DNA of 63,061 nt from a virus. Its lineage: Duplodnaviria > Caudoviricetes. The stretch's first letter is position 1, and each line of letters opens with the position of its first letter. Positions 59,567 to 63,061 of the stretch are shown here, piece after piece. The DNA is taken from positions 1 through 63,061 of the IMG/VR virus record IMGVR_UViG_3300026546_000003. One strand, given 5' to 3'. Below the pieces are notes generated by a model. That model saw nothing but the letters and a program-made list of their open reading frames with translations, was not told the DNA's origin and did no database searches. The translations under genes were made by a program, and so were the position numbers.

Positions 59567-60818
59567 CGTTATCCCTCAATGCAGATATACGTAAATTCGT
59601 CTTGTTAAATAGAAGACTAAATTTACAATCTGTCCCATTACGGATTTTAGAAGTATATAAATTTAATGTATCATTATTCCCGCCTTTTGATTTTTGGAAT
59701 AATAGAGACAAATCAACAGGGTCTTCAATCGCCTTAGCAAACTTAACTTTACCTTCTTCATCAATCTGTATAGGAGATAAAATTCCTACATCATTTGCGC
59801 GGGCTATTGTTTTTAACCCTTCTGCTCTATTAATCTGTACCTTCCAATCAATAGAGTCAGTTACCCCAGGCATCTTAATGATATTCAAGTAATCCACAAC
59901 CAAGTAATTAAGTGAGTGAAGCTGTTTTAATTTAGCCGCAATGTAGTTAATATCACTTAAATTACATAGTGGCATATCATACAAGAAGAATTTATGCTCT
60001 TTTCTTGGTAGTGAGTTATACGCCAGGGTTAATTTAGATTTGTCTACAACTGGTTCTTTCAGCATCTCAATGAACTCAGGAGTAGGTATACAAAAGAAAT
60101 TGGCTTTTTTAGTGAAGTATACTCGTAGTTGCTCATTGTCCAGCCTATTAAATTGTAAATCTTTAGCTGGCAATCCTGTAACCATAGCATCTAATCTGAA
60201 CCTCACTTCGGAAGCCCTCATTTCAATACTAATAAATCCAACAGTCTTTTTAAGTTTATAACGAGACAATGCAGTATGTAGAGCAAGGATTGACTTACCA
60301 CTTCCTCTATGTCCACCAATTAGGGCCAATTCAGAAGCAGCTAACCCACCATTAATCTCATCAAATTTTCCAATACCAAGAGGAACACGAGTAATATAAT
60401 CCTCTTGTTCTGGCATTTGAGAACAATCAATTTCTTCTACTTTTCCACTATCTTTCTGTGTATCTAGGAGTAAATCTTGAACCTGAGAGATAGTTTCCTC
60501 AAATTCGATTTCATTGTTAATAATAGAATATAACTTATCAAAAAAGACATACTTATTGTGTCTTTCTTCAATCTGGTCTAAATAAAAAGGTAATAATGAT
60601 TTGGATATCTCAGTAACATCAGTGAAAAGGTTCTTATTATTGACAAGAGCTGAGAAATCCTGTAATGTAGGTAGGTCGTCATATTTTTCTCTGTACTCTT
60701 TCAGCTTTATAAAATATGACTTAATTTTGGAATCTAATAATTTGGCCTCGTCTATAGAAAGCAAGACCATGTAATCTTGGTTCTTTAGTATATAATGTAA
60801 GATACTTAGCTCAATCAC
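59559..60818 (-). CDS. Replicative DnaB-like helicase (likely GTG start at 60818)
   Basis: GHRGSGKS, SIEM, VVDYLN, SKIRNG; GGAGG RBS before GTG. Confidence 0.93.
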   Translation of the reverse strand: MIELSILHYILKNQDYMVLLSIDEAKLLDSKIKSYFIKLKEYREKYDDLPTLQDFSALVNNKNLFTDVTEISKSLLPFYLDQIEERHNKYVFFDKLYSIINNEIEFEETISQVQDLLLDTQKDSGKVEEIDCSQMPEQEDYITRVPLGIGKFDEINGGLAASELALIGGHRGSGKSILALHTALSRYKLKKTVGFISIEMRASEVRFRLDAMVTGLPAKDLQFNRLDNEQLRVYFTKKANFFCIPTPEFIEMLKEPVVDKSKLTLAYNSLPRKEHKFFLYDMPLCNLSDINYIAAKLKQLHSLNYLVVDYLNIIKMPGVTDSIDWKVQINRAEGLKTIARANDVGILSPIQIDEEGKVKFAKAIEDPVDLSLLFQKSKGGNNDTLNLYTSKIRNGTDCKFSLLFNKTNLRISALRDNDE

Positions 60819-60850
60819 ACATCTTCCTCCATTTTCTAAGTTGTACACCC

Positions 60851-60879
60851 ATTATAGCACATTTTGGGTTCGCTGTCAA
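60851..60879 (-). promoter_or_regulatory. Consensus sigma70 promoter of the replication operon
   Basis: TTGACA-17nt-TATAAT. Confidence 0.9.
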
Positions 60880-60903
60880 GTTCTAAATTCTAACATCAAG
60901 TAG

Positions 60904-61059
60904 TTAGACTTGTGGAGGTTTGAAGAAAGATTTTAGACGATGATTAAATAAGTACCAGAACATAGAACAATATTCACACGCCATCTTCTTGCATTGTATC
61001 ATTTTGTTCATCTTGCAGGGTATCGGGACTATCTGTGGTGGTCTCTTTTGAAATTTCAT
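60904..61059 (-). CDS. 51-aa Cys-rich protein
   Basis: Manual translation with CKMNKMIQCKKMACEYC. Confidence 0.45.
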   Translation of the reverse strand: MKFQKRPPQIVPIPCKMNKMIQCKKMACEYCSMFWYLFNHRLKSFFKPPQV

Positions 61060-61150
61060 AATACTTACCTATATCGCACTCCCAACATTGAAGAGGGGTT
61101 GTGCATACTGTATCTTCATTATACTTACATAAAAATTCTATCAACGGCAT
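60974..61150 (-). CDS. 58-aa Cys-rich protein
   Basis: Manual translation with CKYNEDTVCTTPLQCWEC; immediately downstream of element B. Confidence 0.45.
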   Translation of the reverse strand: MPLIEFLCKYNEDTVCTTPLQCWECDIGKYYEISKETTTDSPDTLQDEQNDTMQEDGV

Positions 61151-61340
61151 ACTTTATTCCCTTAAGTTAGTGTCAAAAATTTAGAAGTCAGTTACGAGCC
61201 CGAAATTCGCTAAAATAAGACTCACTTGCTCACCCAGATGCTACCGTACGCGCCTCACTTCTCTCGTATGAATTTTATTAGTTATCGCCACGGATTCTTA
61301 TCGTTCTGGACTGTGCGAGAGCGAGCGGGAGAATTTCAGT
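61151..61340 (-). ncRNA. Structured intergenic RNA element B, related to element A
   Basis: Stem-loop with G-U pairs on the minus strand; shares AGT(A/C)CAGAA(T/C)GATAAGAAT...CATCTG and ACTAACTTA with element A. Confidence 0.55.
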
Positions 61341-61354
61341 TGTGAGTTGTATTA

Positions 61355-61392
61355 GAAACAAGAAAACCTGGAGCCTTTGCAGACTCCAGGTT
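61355..61392 (-). terminator. Rho-independent terminator
   Basis: aacctggagtc-tgcaaa-ggctccaggtt followed by ttcttgtttct on the minus strand. Confidence 0.85.
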
Positions 61393-61400
61393 CTAGGAAA

Positions 61401-61820
61401 TTAATTTATAGCATTATTGAGAAATGTGCGGTAAGTCTCCATAAGTTTATTAGTTGTAATGGAGGTACTAGGTGTTGTATAAATAAAAGTTGCTCCCACT
61501 GATTTACCTACAGCTAACTTTTGGAAATCAACTGAGTCAGCCATTCTGTTATAACAAATCTTTCCACCAATAGTAAGGTCAAATTCATCAATATCATGAC
61601 AAAATGCTGAAGTTGTAACCAGAGATTTAGTAGGAACATGGAAAAGAGTGCAGTAATATACTCTAAAATCATTATCAGGACAGCTATACATTTCATTAAT
61701 CATAAACTCTTTCCACCAATCTTTTTTAGGTACAAGATTACGTTTCATTAGTTGCTTGTTGATAGCCTTTACTACATCACTGTTCTTTTCTAGCTTTTCA
61801 AATTTGTCGGTAAAGCTCAT
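61401..61820 (-). CDS. Hypothetical protein
   Basis: AGGAG RBS; followed by a terminator. Confidence 0.75.
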   Translation of the reverse strand: MSFTDKFEKLEKNSDVVKAINKQLMKRNLVPKKDWWKEFMINEMYSCPDNDFRVYYCTLFHVPTKSLVTTSAFCHDIDEFDLTIGGKICYNRMADSVDFQKLAVGKSVGATFIYTTPSTSITTNKLMETYRTFLNNAIN

Positions 61821-61839
61821 TTTCTTCTCCTTTTCTTAG

Positions 61840-62079
61840 TTATTTTTTATACTCTAGCTCCATAATAAGTTCAATATAATGGATAGCTTTTTTCAAATCT
61901 TCTATCCCATTTTTGTCTCTATGGCGCACAACATATTTAATTACATTTGACTCACAGAATGGCAACTTATTAACTTGGCAAAATTCTACTGGTTGGATTT
62001 TGAAAGATTTATAATGGTCTCCACCTTCTTGTTTCTCTAAGGCGCAGGAAGAGACATAAATGGCAGGTTCTTCAGGCAT
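61840..62079 (-). CDS. DUF3310 protein (T7 gp1.7-like nucleotide kinase family)
   Basis: GGDHY...IQPVEF...NVIKYVVRH..KNGIEDLKKAIHY. Confidence 0.88.
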   Translation of the reverse strand: MPEEPAIYVSSCALEKQEGGDHYKSFKIQPVEFCQVNKLPFCESNVIKYVVRHRDKNGIEDLKKAIHYIELIMELEYKK

Positions 62080-62100
62080 TTAGTTATCTCCTAGTAAATT

Positions 62101-62181
62101 TGGTGGAGCTGGTGGGAATCGAACCCACGTCCTACTAAATGCGCATCGGCTTTAATAGCAGTCGAAACCATTCACAGCCCC
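62101..62181 (-). ncRNA. Mini-tmRNA: tmRNA tRNA-like domain lacking the mRNA-like domain
   Basis: GGGGCUG-UGAAUGGUUUCGA-CUGCUA-[18 nt]-UAGUAG-GAC-GUGGG-UUCGAUU-CCCAC-CAGCUCC-ACCA; G3:U70 pair, stemless D-loop, no anticodon loop. Confidence 0.8.
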
Positions 62182-62193
62182 ATATATTGTATT

Positions 62194-62269
62194 TGGTGGT
62201 TCCTGGTAGAGTTGAACTACCGACGCAGAGATTTTCAGTCTCTCGCTCTACCTCCTGAGCTAAGGAACC
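62194..62269 (-). tRNA. tRNA-Phe(GAA)
   Basis: Full cloverleaf, AGAGA-CTGAAAA-TCTCT, encoded CCA. Confidence 0.95.
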
Positions 62270-62277
62270 GTAGTTTT

Positions 62278-62354
62278 TGGTACCCCCAGCAGGACTCAAA
62301 CCTGCGACCTATGGTTTAGAAGACCATTGCTCTATTCAACTGAGCTATAGGGGC
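62278..62354 (-). tRNA. tRNA-Arg(UCU)
   Basis: Cloverleaf, ATGGT-CTTCTAA-ACCAT, encoded CCA; T-loop TTTGAGT. Confidence 0.93.
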
Positions 62355-62360
62355 ATAATG

Positions 62361-62451
62361 TGGAGGAGGGTAAGAGATTCGAACTCTTAACTCCTTTTAC
62401 AGAGTAGACGGTTTTCAAGACCGACTGACTTTCCCCACTGTCCAACCCTCC
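62361..62451 (-). tRNA. tRNA-Ser(UGA)
   Basis: Long variable arm, CGGT-CTTGAAA-ACCG, encoded CCA. Confidence 0.9.
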
Positions 62452-62595
62452 TTATCTTAAAAGTTCTGCAAAAACAGATGCAAATAATATAAGACTTACA
62501 CCAGCATTTAAGCCTGATAAAAACATAAAATTATTCATAAACATTGTACAACTAACTATAGCATTAAGAATAGCAAATAACAGTACAATAGCCAT
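62452..62595 (-). CDS. 47-aa two-TM membrane peptide
   Basis: MAIVLLFAILNAIVSCTMF...; AAGGA RBS; fills the gap between tRNAs. Confidence 0.55.
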   Translation of the reverse strand: MAIVLLFAILNAIVSCTMFMNNFMFLSGLNAGVSLILFASVFAELLR

Positions 62596-62615
62596 AATCT
62601 TATCCTTTTTTATTT

Positions 62616-62689
62616 TGGCAGGGCGACTCCGAATCGAACAGAGAACAAAGGTTTTGGAGACCCTTATTTTACCATTAAACTACCGCCCC
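62616..62689 (-). tRNA. tRNA-Trp(CCA)
   Basis: Cloverleaf, AGGGT-CTCCAAA-ACCTT, encoded CCA. Confidence 0.92.
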
Positions 62690-62698
62690 ATAATGATT

Positions 62699-62773
62699 TG
62701 GTGGAGAGTACGGGAATCGAACCCGTAGTCATAGCGTGCAAAGCTATTGGTTTCCCAGTTAACCGAACTCCCC
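62699..62773 (-). tRNA. tRNA-Ala(UGC)
   Basis: G3:U70, ATAGC-TTTGCAC-GCTAT, encoded CCA. Confidence 0.93.
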
Positions 62774-62929
62774 TTAAATAATTTCCCAGGCACTTGTAGT
62801 TTTATACCAATCTGGCCCATATTTACGAGCTTTTTTATGGTAACGCCGCTTATTCCACTTAGTCCATTTTGCAAATTTTCTAGTTTTACACCTATATCGT
62901 TTAGCAATAGCATATGATTTCTTTTTCAT
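62774..62929 (-). CDS. 51-aa highly basic peptide
   Basis: MKKKSYAIAKRYRCKTRKFAKWTKWNKRRYHKKARKYGPDWYKTTSAWEII; AAGGAG RBS; fills the gap between tRNA-Asp and tRNA-Ala. Confidence 0.65.
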   Translation of the reverse strand: MKKKSYAIAKRYRCKTRKFAKWTKWNKRRYHKKARKYGPDWYKTTSAWEII

Positions 62930-62946
62930 GCTAAACTCCTTAGTAA

Positions 62947-63021
62947 TGGCGGCCCATAGGAGAATTGAACTCCTGTTACTAGGTTGACAACCTAGCGTTC
63001 TTACCGTTGAACTAATGGGCC
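62947..63021 (-). tRNA. tRNA-Asp(GUC)
   Basis: Cloverleaf, CTAGG-TTGTCAA-CCTAG, encoded CCA. Confidence 0.95.
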
Positions 63022-63061
63022 TTATTCAAATCTTAAACACTGAAAACATCTTTGATAGTCG

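Noticed and set aside
62101-62181. attP remnant of host ssrA, or two-piece permuted tmRNA
   Set aside because: Both 5' and 3' TLD halves are present in normal order and pair through helix 2a; att remnants carry only one end; no integrase or separate tag-coding piece was found in the window
62361-62451. Suppressor or selenocysteine tRNA / alternative genetic code
   Set aside because: Anticodon UGA reads UCA (Ser); long genes are intact under code 11 with all three stop codons used
62680-62913. 77-aa ORF from the track
   Set aside because: It overlaps tRNA-Ala and tRNA-Trp; the RBS-bearing 62774..62929 frame fits the gap exactly

Overview
This AT-rich window is a fragment of a large, probably lytic siphophage genome with T5-like (Demerecviridae-like) organisation. 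Left end (1-2780): minus-strand micro-genes driven by duplicated near-consensus sigma70 promoters, interleaved with 37-bp, 34-bp and ~90-bp repeat arrays; this is a probable pre-early/terminal region. Plus strand (2871-43859): a late operon with TerS, TerL, portal, a fused prohead protease-major capsid protein, neck and tail genes, a frameshifted tail chaperone, tape measure, a lambda L/K/I-J-type tail tip, many fibre/LamG proteins and an M15 endolysin. Minus strand (44008-63061), converging on a bidirectional terminator: a T5-ordered replication block (DnaB helicase, primase, PolA, D10 helicase, SSB, SbcD/SbcC, D14 resolvase, D15 flap endonuclease, NrdJ, dUTPase), DUF3310 and a tRNA array (Asp, Ala, Trp, Ser, Arg, Phe). 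Most notable is an 81-nt RNA gene in the tRNA array that is a complete tmRNA tRNA-like domain with no mRNA-like domain (a mini-tmRNA). Also notable are two related ~130-150 nt structured leaders sharing a conserved core, a free-standing catalytically dead intein-like gene abutting nrdJ, and arrays of operator-like palindromes near the putative genome end. All product calls come from motifs and synteny read by eye; no database searches were run.
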